A stretch of 51,808 bases of DNA from Octopus bimaculoides (lineage: Eukaryota), in NCBI RefSeq assembly GCF_001194135.2, contig NC_069002.1:12715374-12767181 (forward strand). Reading direction: 5' to 3'. Position 1 is the stretch's first letter. Each line of letters starts with the position of its first letter. Of this stretch, positions 1 to 11,875 are shown piece after piece. A program made the translations under genes and the position numbers. The notes beneath the pieces are model-generated. The model made no database searches. It worked only from the letters and a program-made list of their open reading frames with translations, and was not told the DNA's origin.

Positions 1-367
1 GGGAAAACACAATAAGGATATGTAACAGGATATCCAGAGAAACAACAATGAAATCATTGAACAAGAAAGCAAATCAGCAAACAAATGTATCAAACCTCCC
101 TCCCACTACTACCACCACATGAAAGCCACATGCATAAGTTCAGAAGAAGCCGACTGCAAGTGCAGATTTTGGTAATACACACACACACACACAAAGACAC
201 AATCCAAGCTACATATTTTCCCTTGAAAGTAATAATTACTCAACAAGGGGTACTCCACTAGCACCTTGTACATCTATAAACTATTGCTGTTTATGAAATT
301 TGTTTTTTATATCTACCACAGACTGCTCAAAACTTACTATCTTCCTACACCTAGATCCTTGGATCTT

Positions 368-384
368 ACAATTACATACGTACA

Positions 385-427
<43 letters not shown>

Positions 428-499
428 TTGCTTATCTATCTGCCTATCTATCTATCTATCTATCTATCTATCATCTATTTATCTATCTATCTATCTATC

Positions 500-533
<34 letters not shown>

Positions 534-632
534 TTATCTATCTATCTATCATCTATTTATCTATCTATCTATTTATCTATCTATCTATCATCTATTTATC
601 TATCTATCTATCTATCTATATATATATATATA
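368..632. repeat. (ATCT)n microsatellite running into (AT)n and a gap
   Basis: Direct reading. Confidence 0.95.
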
Positions 633-1217
633 NNNNNNNNNNNNNNNNNNNNNNNNNNNNNNNNNNNNNNNNNNNNNNNNNNNNNNNNNNNNNNNNNNNN
701 NNNNNNNNNNNNNNNNNNNNNNNNNNNNNNNNNNNNNNNNNNNNNNNNNNNNNNNNNNNNNNNNNNNNNNNNNNNNNNNNNNNNNNNNNNNNNNNNNNNN
801 NNNNNNNNNNNNNNNNNNNNNNNNNNNNNNNNNNNNNNNNNNNNNNNNNNNNNNNNNNNNNNNNNNNNNNNNNNNNNNNNNNNNNNNNNNNNNNNNNNNN
901 NNNNNNNNNNNNNNNNNNNNNNNNNNNNNNNNNNNNNNNNNNNNNNNNNNNNNNNNNNNNNNNNNNNNNNNNNNNNNNNNNNNNNNNNNNNNNNNNNNNN
1001 NNNNNNNNNNNNNNNNNNNNNNNNNNNNNNNNNNNNNNNNNNNNNNNNNNNNNNNNNNNNNNNNNNNNNNNNNNNNNNNNNNNNNNNNNNATATATATAT
1101 ATATATATATATACATACATACATCACTGAAGTGAACAAGGGCACTAATCAGCACCAATATTGCTAGAAATAAGAGTCAAAACAACTCAATAGCTCTCCC
1201 TATGCTCAAACTCCCTT

Positions 1218-1345
1218 GAGAGAAAAGTTGGGCATAAGAGGAATCAAATGTAGCATGCAAGAGAGAAGATTATGTTGGTTTGGACATGTGATGCGTATGT
1301 ATGAGGACAGCTGCATAAAGAAGTGCCGACCACTGAAAGATTGAA
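1218..1345 (+). mobile_element. RTE-clade LINE ORF C-terminal fragment
   Basis: GIRGIKCSMQERRLCWFGHVMRMYEDSCIKKCR (RLxWFGHVxR motif); same family as 27400-28150. Confidence 0.75.
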
Positions 1346-2188
1346 CTTGAATAGAGTCAACTTATATCTTGAACCATTTGAAGTTTACGTTAGTTTTGCT
1401 CTAGTTGTGCTGTTGTAATTAACCTCATTACTTTTGTTGCTGTTATTGTTAACTCTCATGGTTTATTTGTCCTGTATATTACAGTCACACAATATATTCA
1501 ACAATAAACGAAGCCAAACGGTTTCAATACGGTTTTAACAGAAAGATTTGGAAGAATTAGATGTAAGTTCTCCAGTAATTTTCTTTCATGTAAATTAATG
1601 TCTATGTTAATTTTAAAATTTGCGAGCAAAATCTTATGAAATGACAACGTTCTAAAAGATGTACATGTTTATATGTTATATATGAAAAAAAAAAAAAAAA
1701 TCTAATTATAACAAGTGTGCGCGCGCGCGCGTTTGTGTCTTTGTGTTGTGTGTGATGCGTATATGTTTGAATAGGATGTAAATGTGGGATGTGGGGGTGT
1801 ATAAAACACACACATATACATAAATACACAGAAAAGCACACGCATGTCAGTTCGCAATATACTTTTTAGATGTAAGCTTTAGTTTCCTGTCACGCTCTCT
1901 CTCACTCTCTCTGCTCTGTGACATGGCCAGAGCCTCAACTACTTAAGATGACACATTTCGAAATAGACGGAGGTAAAAATTAGAGCTAGAAAATAAATCA
2001 TGAAATAAAAACTGATAAAATACTTATGCTATCTCTCATAACTCTCCTTTTCACTTTTGTCCAACACAGACCCACATATATATAATAATATATTGACAGA
2101 GAAATATACACGCATTCACTTCTGGATATATAAAACTTGGGTTACCCCTGTATACGTAAATATAAGAACACAACATTCTTGTAACTAG

Positions 2189-2227
2189 CTTGGAAGACAA
2201 GATTGTCACGATGTCTGATACTCAAAG
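2189..2227 (+). CDS. Candidate start exon a (ATG 2211, MSDTQ, ends phase 2)
   Basis: Acceptor ttgtaactag, ATG TCT GAT ACT CAA AG, donor GTAAGA. No phase 2-to-1 linking exon was found, but one could lie in a gap. Confidence 0.4.
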
Positions 2228-2892
2228 GTAAGATGAGAAAAATTTGTTTTAAAACTTTATTCTTTGTTTTGTTCTGTAGTGATTGTTGTTGCTGTTGTAT
2301 TTCACTGTCTATTTACATTTGAATATTAAATACTTAGAGATCAAACAATACATTTGATACTTGAATAAGCGATCTGCAACCGTGAGACAATAATGAAGTT
2401 TATTTTCTCGAGTGTAATGCTATATTTTTAATTAGACACCTGACAGGTCTGAAGGAGAATGCACACACGCCCAAAACAATACTATGCTAAAAATAACAAC
2501 TGTTATTATTGTTTCGGTCCTTCAACCCTTCAAATCAGTCCTCCAAAGACATTCTTGCTTTCACCATTCCATCCGTTTAGGAGGACTGACTACGTTTTCT
2601 CTATTACGATGTGATTTCAGGGACTTTGGCTACTATTTCTAGCAGGTTAAGCAACTACATAGAGGTCTACTTTGTTGACATGATTATTGCTGTTTCTACA
2701 AACTCACGAATGGAAATATTCCGGTTTCGACCATCCCATCTTTTTATATACTTGTATATTACACTGTTCAATGTTTTCGTTTTTAAATGGTGTGTCAAGG
2801 GGTTCAACATGTCTTAAAATAATTTAGATGCAGTTTATTATAAAGTTTGTTGACTTGTTTGACAAAAAATGTACCCACTATCCAAAATATCG

Positions 2893-3105
2893 GTTTTAAA
2901 TTTTGGCACAAGTCCAGCAGTTTGAATGTGGTGGGCTAGTCGATTACATTGACCCCAGGACACCACTGATGCCCATTTTACCGACTCCGTAACGACCACA
3001 GGTCAAGTCGACCTCGGTGGGATTTGAACTTAGATCAGAACGTAATGGACAGACGGAACACCGCTAAGAATTGTGTCCGGCGTGCTACTGATTCTGCTAG
3101 TTTGT
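2893..3105 (-). mobile_element. SINE-like family C copy
   Basis: Reverse complement of the ggcgagctggcagaa...gagttcaaattccgccgaggtcgac...ctggggtcgatgtaatc motif, seen in more than 8 copies. Confidence 0.8.
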
Positions 3106-3136
3106 CTAAATACCTTGGGTTAGGGTTAATATAATG

Positions 3137-3338
3137 AGGGCGGCAAGCTGACAGAATCTTTGACATACCGATCTAAGTCTTCCGGTTTTACGATCTAAGT
3201 TCAAATACCGCTGAAGTCGATTTTGCCTTTTATCCTTTCGAGGTCGATAAGATAAATACCATTTGAGTGCTGGAGTCGATGTAAATCAACTTACCCTTCT
3301 TCTCAAAGTTGCTGGATTCGTGCCAAAAATTGAAACAG
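3137..3338 (+). mobile_element. SINE-like family C copy (head-to-head with previous)
   Basis: Same motif on + strand. Confidence 0.8.
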
Positions 3339-3914
3339 TACTTCAAGGACAACGATGGGATGGAATGGGCTGTTCAAATTATTTTGGGGTAGGCGTGGGG
3401 CAAAATTAGTAACCCGGACAAAAAGAGTAGCTTCTGATTTCTTGTTATTTTTTTCACTAGCTGTTTAAAATCATTGCATTGCAAGTATTGCATCATTATC
3501 TGTACTGCTGCATCATTTTTAGGTCTAAATATTGATCAGCATAGTTGTTGTTGAGAGTTCGAAACACAGTCAGGTGACAGGTCCACTGTTTTCAAAAACA
3601 TTTTCCTCAAATTTGAACCGATTGTAATTGAGGTTGCTAATAAAATATTTAGATAATTTTTAGTGTTTAGCAATCATTATTCTTTTGTCTGTTGGATTCC
3701 AAGTCAATTTTTTCCCACGCTAATGTCTAGTTTGAAAATTTTCAAGTTTCAAAAAATGCCTAAGATGGGGTAAAATGAGTAATGTCTAATTTGTCTTTTG
3801 TATGCTCAAAGAGAACGGTGATAATTTTCTGAAATTGTGATCAGATTATATTATAATGCTTTTAATGCATTTAGGGAAGGCCATTTGTTTAAAGATCGCC
3901 GTTTTTGTTTGGTA

Positions 3915-4098
3915 CTTTTTTACTTGTTTCAGTCATTTGACTGCGGCCATGCTGGAGCACCGCCTTTAGTCGAGCAAATCGACCCCAGGACTTATTCTAT
4001 CGGTCTCTTTTGCCGAACCGCTAATTACGGGGACGTAAACACACCAGCATCGGTTGTCAAGCGATGTTGGGGGGACAAACACAGACACACAAACACAC

Positions 4099-4157
<59 letters not shown>

Positions 4158-4184
4158 CATATATACGACGGGCTTCTTTCAGTT
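3915..4184 (-). mobile_element. SINE family B, 3' part with internal (AT)n
   Basis: Matches 6243-6612 and 35711-36272. Confidence 0.85.
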
Positions 4185-4566
4185 NNNNNNNNNNNNNNNN
4201 NNNNNNNNNNNNNNNNNNNNNNNNNNNNNNNNNNNNNNNNNNNNNNNNNNNNNNNNNNNNNNNNNNNNNNNNNNNNNNNNNNNNNNNNNNNNNNNNNNNN
4301 NNNNNNNNNNNNNNNNNNNNNNNNNNNNNNNNNNNNNNNNNNNNNNNNNNNNNNNNNNNNNNNNNNNNNNNNNNNNNNNNNNNNNNNNNNNNNNNNNNNN
4401 NNNNNNNNNNNNNNNNNNNNNNNNNNNNNNNNNNNNNNNNNNNNNNNNNNNNNNNNNNNNNNNNNNNNNNNNNNNNNNNNNNNNNNNNNNNNNNNNNNNN
4501 NNNNNNNNNNNNNNNNNNNNNNNNNNNNNNNNNNNNNNNNNNNNNNNNNNNNNNNNNNNNNNNNNN

Positions 4567-4725
4567 NGAGTGGTTGGCATTAGGAAGGGCATCCAGCTGT
4601 AGAAACTCTGCCAAATTTAGATTGGAGCCTGGTGTTGCCATCCGGTTTCACCAGTCCTCAGTCAAATCGTCCAACCCATGCTAGCATGGAAAGCGGACGT
4701 TAAATGATGATGATGATGATGATGA
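4567..4725 (+). mobile_element. RTE-family 3' end with (GAT)n tail
   Basis: ggcattaggaagggcatccagctgtagaa...ggacgttaaatgatgat; follows RTE coding relics at 8720 and 9590. Confidence 0.8.
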
Positions 4726-4799
4726 TATATATGAACATCTGAATTCCAGAATGCAAGAGACATTGATAAAGTAGTTGGTGGAAATAATAATAATAACAA

Positions 4800-5790
4800 T
4801 GCTCTTAATAATGTGTGTGTTTCTGTTATGGATGATATGTTTTTCATTATTCTAACTAAGTCAGCTATCAATATAATAATTTTCACATTGTGTGAACTCT
4901 TATGGATCACGTATTTCGAGGACATGGGTTTCATATAGTGTGATTGGAGAATTTGAACCTTGTTATAATGGTCTCTAGCCGAAGCTCTGTGTCAAGGACC
5001 GGGAGTCTGTTGTTTGGGTGCCTTGTTGGGTGATCTATAGTTACCCTGATGCTTTGGTGTACAGAATTAGCTATACACTGGATGCTTTCCATCATGATCC
5101 TCTCATTCTATTCAGTTTGACTGTTCGATTGCGTCTTGACTATGATGTTGATGTCATCCACATATCTTCCGTACAGTCTGATTGCTACCAAGTGTTTGTT
5201 TCAGTTTTCTGTCCCACCAGGTCATGAAGAGGCCTGCCACGTCCCCAGCCACACTGACACCGATGGCTGCCCCCTTGACTTGCACATATAGGTTCTCATT
5301 GAATTTAATTATATGGTTCTGTAGGGTGGGCTTTAGACTTGCGCCCACTACATATGCAACCATTTTCCATGTCTGGATGTTATCCCCTGGGCCGTGGGTG
5401 GGTGCATTCCATCCACTCCAGCGCTCCACGGTGTCTTTCCTAGCTGCTGATGTGATTGTGGGTAGCCTACCTCATTCCAACCTGATGGGGCAGAATCTAC
5501 TTACGTCGTAGTGATCTAAGTATTCTCTATCATAAACAAGCTTCAGGAAGAGGCCCAGTTCCTTCATGTTCACCTCATGGAAGACTCCTTTGTTTTCGGA
5601 GATAATTTCCACACATTTTTCTACAGCAAAGTCAATGTCGATAGATGGGTAAAGTGATACCACATCCATACTACCTACCATACAATCTGACAGGTCATGA
5701 GAGTGGTTACATTCATTAACCCTGCTGAAGAGGTCCTCTATGCTTTCACAAACATCTGGAGACATCTCAATGAGTGCTCTTAACACTTAC
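4800..5790 (-). pseudogene. Penelope-like element reverse transcriptase relic (stops, frameshift)
   Basis: SMDVVSLYPSI, LYVQVKGAAIGVSVAGDVAGLFM, RYVDDI (5153-5164, shifted frame), TIDHPTRHPNNRLPVLD, KPMSSKYVIHKSS. Confidence 0.9.
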
Positions 5791-6242
5791 GAGAGGAAGT
5801 ATGATAGTCTATAATTGCTGGCAATATTGGCACCACAAAATTTCATTTAAAGTTACATTATGCTGGTCACCAGTTATGGGATTAGATATTGCCTTGGTTA
5901 GGCATGTATGTGCGTGTGTGTGTGTGTATATTTGTGTGTGTATGTATATGTGTGTGTGTGTGTGTGTGTATGAGTAAAACACTTCATATTACATTGCTTT
6001 GCAGTCAATTTGACTCCTGGTACATGATACGTTGTACACCTCTTCAGACACATGATACATTGTACACCTCTTCAGACAATGTCGATTTGATAGAGAGATT
6101 GAGTTAATGCACAACATAACATTTAATCACTATAAACAAATCATTTGCACAGGTCATTCAGCAAAAGCTAAATGTTCATACATCCTCTTTCACAGGAGAG
6201 TCTATCATATGCACGTATGTATATATATTTGTATATATACGC

Positions 6243-6404
6243 GCAGGAGTGGCTGTGTAGTAAGTATCTTGCTTACCAACCACATGGCTCTGGGTTCATT
6301 CCCACTGCGTGGCACATTGGGCAAGTGTCTTCTACTATAGCCTCGGGCCGACCAAAGCCTTGTGAGTGGATTTGGTAGACGGAAACTGAAAGAAACCCGT
6401 CGTA

Positions 6405-6442
<38 letters not shown>

Positions 6443-6612
6443 TGTGTCTGTGTTTACGTCCCCGTAACTTAGCTGTTCAGCAAAAGAGACCGATAGAATA
6501 AGTACTAAGCTTACAAAGAATAAGTCCTGGGGTCGATTTGCTCGACTAAAGGCGGTGCTCCAGCATGGCCACAGTCAAATGACTGAAACAAGTAAACGAG
6601 TAAAAGAGTAAG
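6243..6612 (+). mobile_element. SINE family B (tRNA-like head, internal AT run, aaagagt tail)
   Basis: caggagtggctgtgtagtaag head with box B-like ggttcattccc. Confidence 0.85.
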
Positions 6613-7092
6613 NNNNNNNNNNNNNNNNNNNNNNNNNNNNNNNNNNNNNNNNNNNNNNNNNNNNNNNNNNNNNNNNNNNNNNNNNNNNNNNNNNNNNNNN
6701 NNNNNNNNNNNNNNNNNNNNNNNNNNNNNNNNNNNNNNNNNNNNNNNNNNNNNNNNNNNNNNNNNNNNNNNNNNNNNNNNNNNNNNNNNNNNNNNNNNNN
6801 NNNNNNNNNNNNNNNNNNNNNNNNNNNNNNNNNNNNNNNNNNNNNNNNNNNNNNNNNNNNNNNNNNNNNNNNNNNNNNNNNNNNNNNNNNNNNNNNNNNN
6901 NNNNNNNNNNNNNNNNNNNNNNNNNNNNNNNNNNNNNNNNNNNNNNNNNNNNNNNNNNNNNNNNNNNNNNNNNNNNNNNNNNNNNNNNNNGACCCTCTCC
7001 GTGACTTTCATTACCTGATCTAACAACTTGATACCTCTAATTATTTGTATCTAAGGCGTCACTTTTACCTTTGTAGCAGTTGACTCAAAGAA

Positions 7093-7102
7093 GCCTGTCG
7101 TA

Positions 7103-7140
<38 letters not shown>

Positions 7141-7312
7141 TGTGTCTGTGTTTACGTCCCCGTAACTTAGCTGTTCAGCAAAAGAGACCGATAGAATAAG
7201 TACTAAGCTTACAAAGAATAAGTCCTGGGGTCGATTTGCTCGACTAAAGGCGGTGCTCCAGCATGGCCACAGTCAAATGACTGAAACAAGTAAACGAGTA
7301 AAAGAGTAAGAG
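7093..7312 (+). mobile_element. SINE family B 3' part, near-exact copy of 6400-6612
   Basis: Shares the same internal deletion as the copy across the gap. Confidence 0.8.
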
Positions 7313-7670
7313 TATATGTATATGTGTGTGTGAGTATGTGTGTGTCTATATACACATATATCTATTTATAAAAGAAAGTAAGAAAATGGAGATATAACAT
7401 TTGATAAAAATTTATTATTTGCAAAAATAAATCATAGTCCCTTACAGCTGTTTCAATTAAGCCTAATGTCAGGTTGAATAAAAACCAAGCAACGTTTTGA
7501 ACCATGAAGAATTTGTACCTAAGTTTTGTAAAGTTTTGAATTTTTTCTAAATATTCCATTTCTTTTTTTTTTTTTTTTTTCTATTGTCTGATATTACAGA
7601 CATAGACTTGCCCAAATGCATCAATAAACTAAAATTAATATTCTTTCCACCGTTGTTACAATCATCTGAA

Positions 7671-8670
7671 ATGGAACTGTCAAAGTGCGATATTCGAGCA
7701 ATTTTGCTGTTCAACTACAAAAAAGGATGTGAAGCAGCTGAAACTGTTCACGATATCAATGGAATGTTTGGCGGGGAGGTGACCAGTGAGTGGTCAGCTC
7801 GAAAATGGTTTAAACGATTTCATAGTGGAGACCTGTCTTGAAGATCATGAACATAGTGAATGCCCATCTGTCATCGATGACGGTCAATTAAAGACCATCA
7901 TTGAGAAAGATCCACATAAAACCGCTCGAGAACTGGCAAAAGAACTTCAAGTGAGCCAGAAAACTACCTGCAACCATTGGCATGTGAACGGAAAATCAAA
8001 AAACTTGATTTGAATGAAAATCAGAAAATGCGTAAATATGAAATTTGCTCATCACTTCTTCTCTGTAACCAGACCGATCCATTTCTTGACCATATTGTAA
8101 CTTGCAATGAAAAGTGGATTCTGTACAATAATAAAAAACATTCCTCATAGTGGATGGACCAAAATGTAGCACCGAAAACTCTGCCTAAACCCGAGCTCTT
8201 CAAAAAGAAGGTTATGGTGACTGTTCGGTGGTGTACTGCTGGACTCATCCACTATAACTTCTTAAAACCCAGAAGAACCATTACTCCTGAAACATATAGC
8301 CATGAAATTGTCAAAATGAACGAAAAATCACAACTTCTCCATCCCAGACTGGTCAACCGAAGAGGGCCAATCATTCTACATGACTACTTGACCATACGTT
8401 TCACTAATGACACTCCAGAAATTGAGGGAACTTGGCTACAAAGTTCTTCCTCACCCAGCTTATTCCCCTGACCTTTCTCCTACTGACTACCACTTTTTCA
8501 AGCACCTTGATGGTTTCCTGTGAGAAAAGGGGTTCAAAATTCAAACTGATGCTGAAAGTCCATTCAAAGAGTTCATCAGCTTCAGAACTCCAGATTTTTA
8601 TGTTACCAGAATAAACAAACTTGTAACTCATTGACAAAAATGTGTTGATTGTAATGGTATTACTTTGATG
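7671..8670 (+). pseudogene. Decayed mariner (DD34D-type) transposase
   Basis: MELSKCDIRAILLFNYKKG...WFKRF; IVTCNEKWILYNN; KKVMVTVRW; YSPDLSPTDYHFF; KCVDCNG. Several frameshifts; WVPHEL motif deleted. Confidence 0.93.
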
Positions 8671-8719
8671 AATAAAATACTTATACACGCATATAAGCAC
8701 AAGCATAGTTGTATAAAGA

Positions 8720-8982
8720 AGCGCCAATCTCTAACTGTAGAGAGAACTTGTGGAAGAGGTAGACCCAGGAAGACATGGGATGAGGTGGTGAAGCATGATC
8801 TTCAAATGTGGGGGTTTCACAGAGGCAATGACAAATGATCCTGACCTTTGGTGATTTACTGTGCTTCAGAAGACTTCATAAAGCCAATTGAAATCGTAGT
8901 TGTGGAATGTAACAGGCACCTGTTATGGTGGCATGTAAAAACACTTGTGCTGGTGACTAACTGATGATGATGATGATGATAC
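8720..8982 (+). mobile_element. RTE LINE 3' fragment
   Basis: TCGRGRPRKTWDEVVKHDLQ followed by shortened 3' UTR and (GAT)n. Confidence 0.75.
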
Positions 8983-9589
8983 ATATACATACGGAAAAAA
9001 CAACAAGACACAAAAGGATGTACACATTGAATGTAGCAGTAGATTGAGAAAGTTTTAGATGGAAAAAAGAGTGAGGCAAGATGTTTTGAGCATGACTCTT
9101 TATCGGAAAGAGGAAAAAGTCCAAGGAGAAGGAAAAGGATTGTCTGAGAGAAGCATGTGTGTCATTACATGAGCGAAAAATATCTGACTGCAAGTGGTGA
9201 GAGATAGAGAAAGTTTTTGAAGGCAGGAAAATGCAAAAATTGCCAGTGAATGTGTGTGGTAATATCTGTGTGCATTTTTGTTTGTGTTTATGTGAGGGAG
9301 TGAAGACAATAGGTTAGTAGCAGTAGGAAGATATAGTGGTGGATGGATATGTTGTGGAGAGGCAAAGTGATGTGTGTGAGTGTATGTGTTTGCGTGTGTG
9401 TGTGTGTGTGTGGATGAAGAGTTTTTGTACTTGCTAGGATATAGAAAAATGTGTGTGTGTGTGCATGATAGATAGATAGATAAATAGATAGATAGATAAA
9501 TAGATAGAGAGATAGATAGATAGATAGGTAGGTAGATAGATATGTATGTGTCTTTGTGTTGTCCCTTCACTGTTTGACAACTCCCAAAC

Positions 9590-10305
9590 AGTGGAAGGAA
9601 CCCATAGTAGAGGGAGACCCAGGAAGACATGCGATGAGGTGGTGAAGCATGACCTTCGAACGATGCAATGAGAAAAGACTGAGACCTCTGGAGATATGCT
9701 GTGACTGAGATGACCCGTCAAATAAAGTGAGATCACAGCTGTTGCTTACACCAGTGTTGCATAACCAGCCCACTCAAAAAAGTACCTTTGGATCGTAGGG
9801 CGACATGCCATGCTTGAGGAAACCTATTGAGTCAACTACATCAAGATCAAATCAAACCACAATCAAATGGAAATTGTAGTTGTAGCTGATGCCAGCGCCG
9901 CCTGACTAGCTCCTCATGCTGGTGGTATGTAAAAAGGACCATCTGAATGTAGTCGGTTCCAGCCTCCTCACCTGACTGGCTCCTGTGCCAATGGCATGTA
10001 AAAAGTACAATCCGAACATGGTCAATGCTAGTGCCACCTTGACTGGCTCCCGTGCTGGTGGCACACAAAAAGCACCATCCAAACGTGGTCGATGCTAGCC
10101 CCCTCTGGCTCCTGTGCCGGTGGCACATAAAAAGCACCCACTACACTCTCAGAGAGGTTGACATTAGGAAGGGCATCCAGCTGTAGAAACACTGCCAGAT
10201 CAGATTGGTGTCTGGTGTGGCTTCTTGGCTTCCCAGACCCCAGTCGAACCATCCAACCCATGCCAGCATGGAAAACAGACATTAAACGCTGATGATGATG
10301 ATGAT
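9590..10305 (+). mobile_element. RTE LINE 3' end with internal ~60-bp tandem units
   Basis: GRPRKTCDEVVKHDL, repeated gctggtggcacgtaaaaagcac units, (GAT)n tail. Confidence 0.8.
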
Positions 10306-10597
10306 ATATATGTATATATCTATATATATGTATAAGTATATATTGCAGATATATATGTATATGAATAGAAGCCTGCCATATATAATTATATATTTATGAC
10401 AGGCTACTTTCAGTTTCCATCTACCAAATCCACTCACAAGGCTTTCGTTGTCCTGGAGTTACAGTAGAAGCCACTTGCCCATTGTGCACACTGTAGGACT
10501 AAAGCCAATCCATGAGTCAGTCTAATATTTTATACATGTAAAAGTTTTATTTGTGTAAGACTCGTCTGTAAATATGATCATTCAACAATAAATTTAG

Positions 10598-10930
10598 TTT
10601 ACCCTTTAGCATTTAAACCTACCAAATTCAGCTCAAGTATTCTACATGTTTTACATTCAAACTGACTACATCTAACCTCTCACACATAACTTACACTAAC
10701 ATTCTGACGCCTTTGATGGGAACCCAGTAAGGTTCGAAAATCGATTAAGGTTGCTCATGGTTTTAACAGCGGTGCATCAGCATGGCCGCAGCTCTGAGCT
10801 GAAACTAGAGGGGAAAAAAAAACAAAACCATATCTTCAAAACCCGCAAAGCTATAAGATAAAGCATGATTAGTTCAAAACAATTTGAATAAAAAAGAATT
10901 TCATTTGACAGAGTAATCTGAATACTAAAG
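10598..10930. mobile_element. Degenerate TTAA-type MITE with internal insertion
   Basis: Similar to 39352-39580. Confidence 0.55.
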
Positions 10931-10972
10931 AAGAGTACAACTATCAGAAACAATGTTAGTTATTTCCTGTAG

Positions 10973-11032
10973 GTTTGTGTGTCACTCGCTCTTAATTGAC
11001 TCATGTTCTGTGATAATGACTGAAAAATTAAT
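10973..11032 (+). CDS. Candidate start/internal exon b (ATG 11016, MTEKL, ends phase 2)
   Basis: Acceptor tttcctgtag, donor GTAAGA. Open in phase 2-to-2. Donor flank resembles that of exon 2189-2227. Confidence 0.3.
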
Positions 11033-11183
11033 GTAAGATTAGAAAATAAACAGTTTAATTGACTGGAAATTCCAACTTTGGGTGCAGTCTTAGTGATAAA
11101 CCCCTAGATTTGACCCTACCCTGTCATGCCATATTCCTGTTATAATGAGAATACATTGAACATTATCTCTACCAGATCCCTGT

Positions 11184-11439
11184 TGTTGGCACTCCGTCGC
11201 TTACGATGCCAAGGATTCCAGTTAATCTGATCAACGGAACAGCCTGCTCGTGAAATTAACGTGCAAGTAGCTTAGCACTACACAGACATGTGTACCCTTA
11301 ACGTAGTTCTCGGGGATATTCAGCGTGACGCAGTGTGTGACAAGGCTGACCCTTTGAATTACAGGCACAACAGAAACAGAAACCGCGATCCTATGAACAC
11401 GAGTCCGCTGCCCTAACCATTGAGCCATTGCGCCTCCAC
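11184..11439 (-). mobile_element. SINE family A, internally deleted
   Basis: Head and tail match 50830-51219. Confidence 0.85.
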
Positions 11440-11547
11440 CATATGCTGCTAAGTCACAGAGAAAGAATAAATTTCTAAATATTTTTATTTTATTGGCTTT
11501 CAGTCTGTAAGGTGTTTTTGCACTATAGATGTATTCTTTCTTTTATT

Positions 11548-11875
11548 CTTTTTTTACGTGTTTCAGTCATTAGACTGCGTCCATGCTGGAGCACTGCCTT
11601 AAAGAAATTTAGTCAACTGAATCAACCCTAGTACTTTTTTTCAAGCCTGGTGCTATTAGTCTCTTTAGCCAAACTGCTAAGTTACAGGGACATAAGCAAT
11701 TCAACACCAGTTGTCAAGCAGTGAGGGGGACAAACACAGACACACATGTTTCTGTCTACTAAATCCAGTCACAAAGCTTTGGTCGGCCCAAGACTATAGT
11801 AGAAGACAGTTGCCCAAACTACTATATAGTGAGACTGAACCCAGAACCATGTGGTTGGGAAGAAAGCTTCTTTGC
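11548..11875 (-). mobile_element. SINE family B, diverged
   Basis: Similarity to other B copies. Confidence 0.75.

Noticed and set aside
25-172. About 48 open codons ending at a GT near the window start
   Set aside because: No acceptor, no recognisable motif, and cannot be linked to anything.
266-1158. Long ORFs of YLSI/IY repeats and X runs (also 3837-4684, 15305-16042, 17447-18508, 37873-38790, 47920-49086)
   Set aside because: Artefacts of microsatellites and N gaps.
1505-1555. Hammerhead-like tttc...cag motif
   Set aside because: Core too degenerate (CTGTTAA).
6033-6078. Short tandem duplications (also 12540-12760, 50100-50138, 51660-51760)
   Set aside because: Ordinary slippage-type local duplications.
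6400-7312. Duplicated SINE tail on both sides of a gap
   Set aside because: Near-exact copies flanking Ns; most likely assembly overlap or haplotype redundancy.
9850-10140. CRISPR-like repeat array
   Set aside because: Eukaryotic retroelement minisatellite; no constant repeat with unique spacers and no cas genes.
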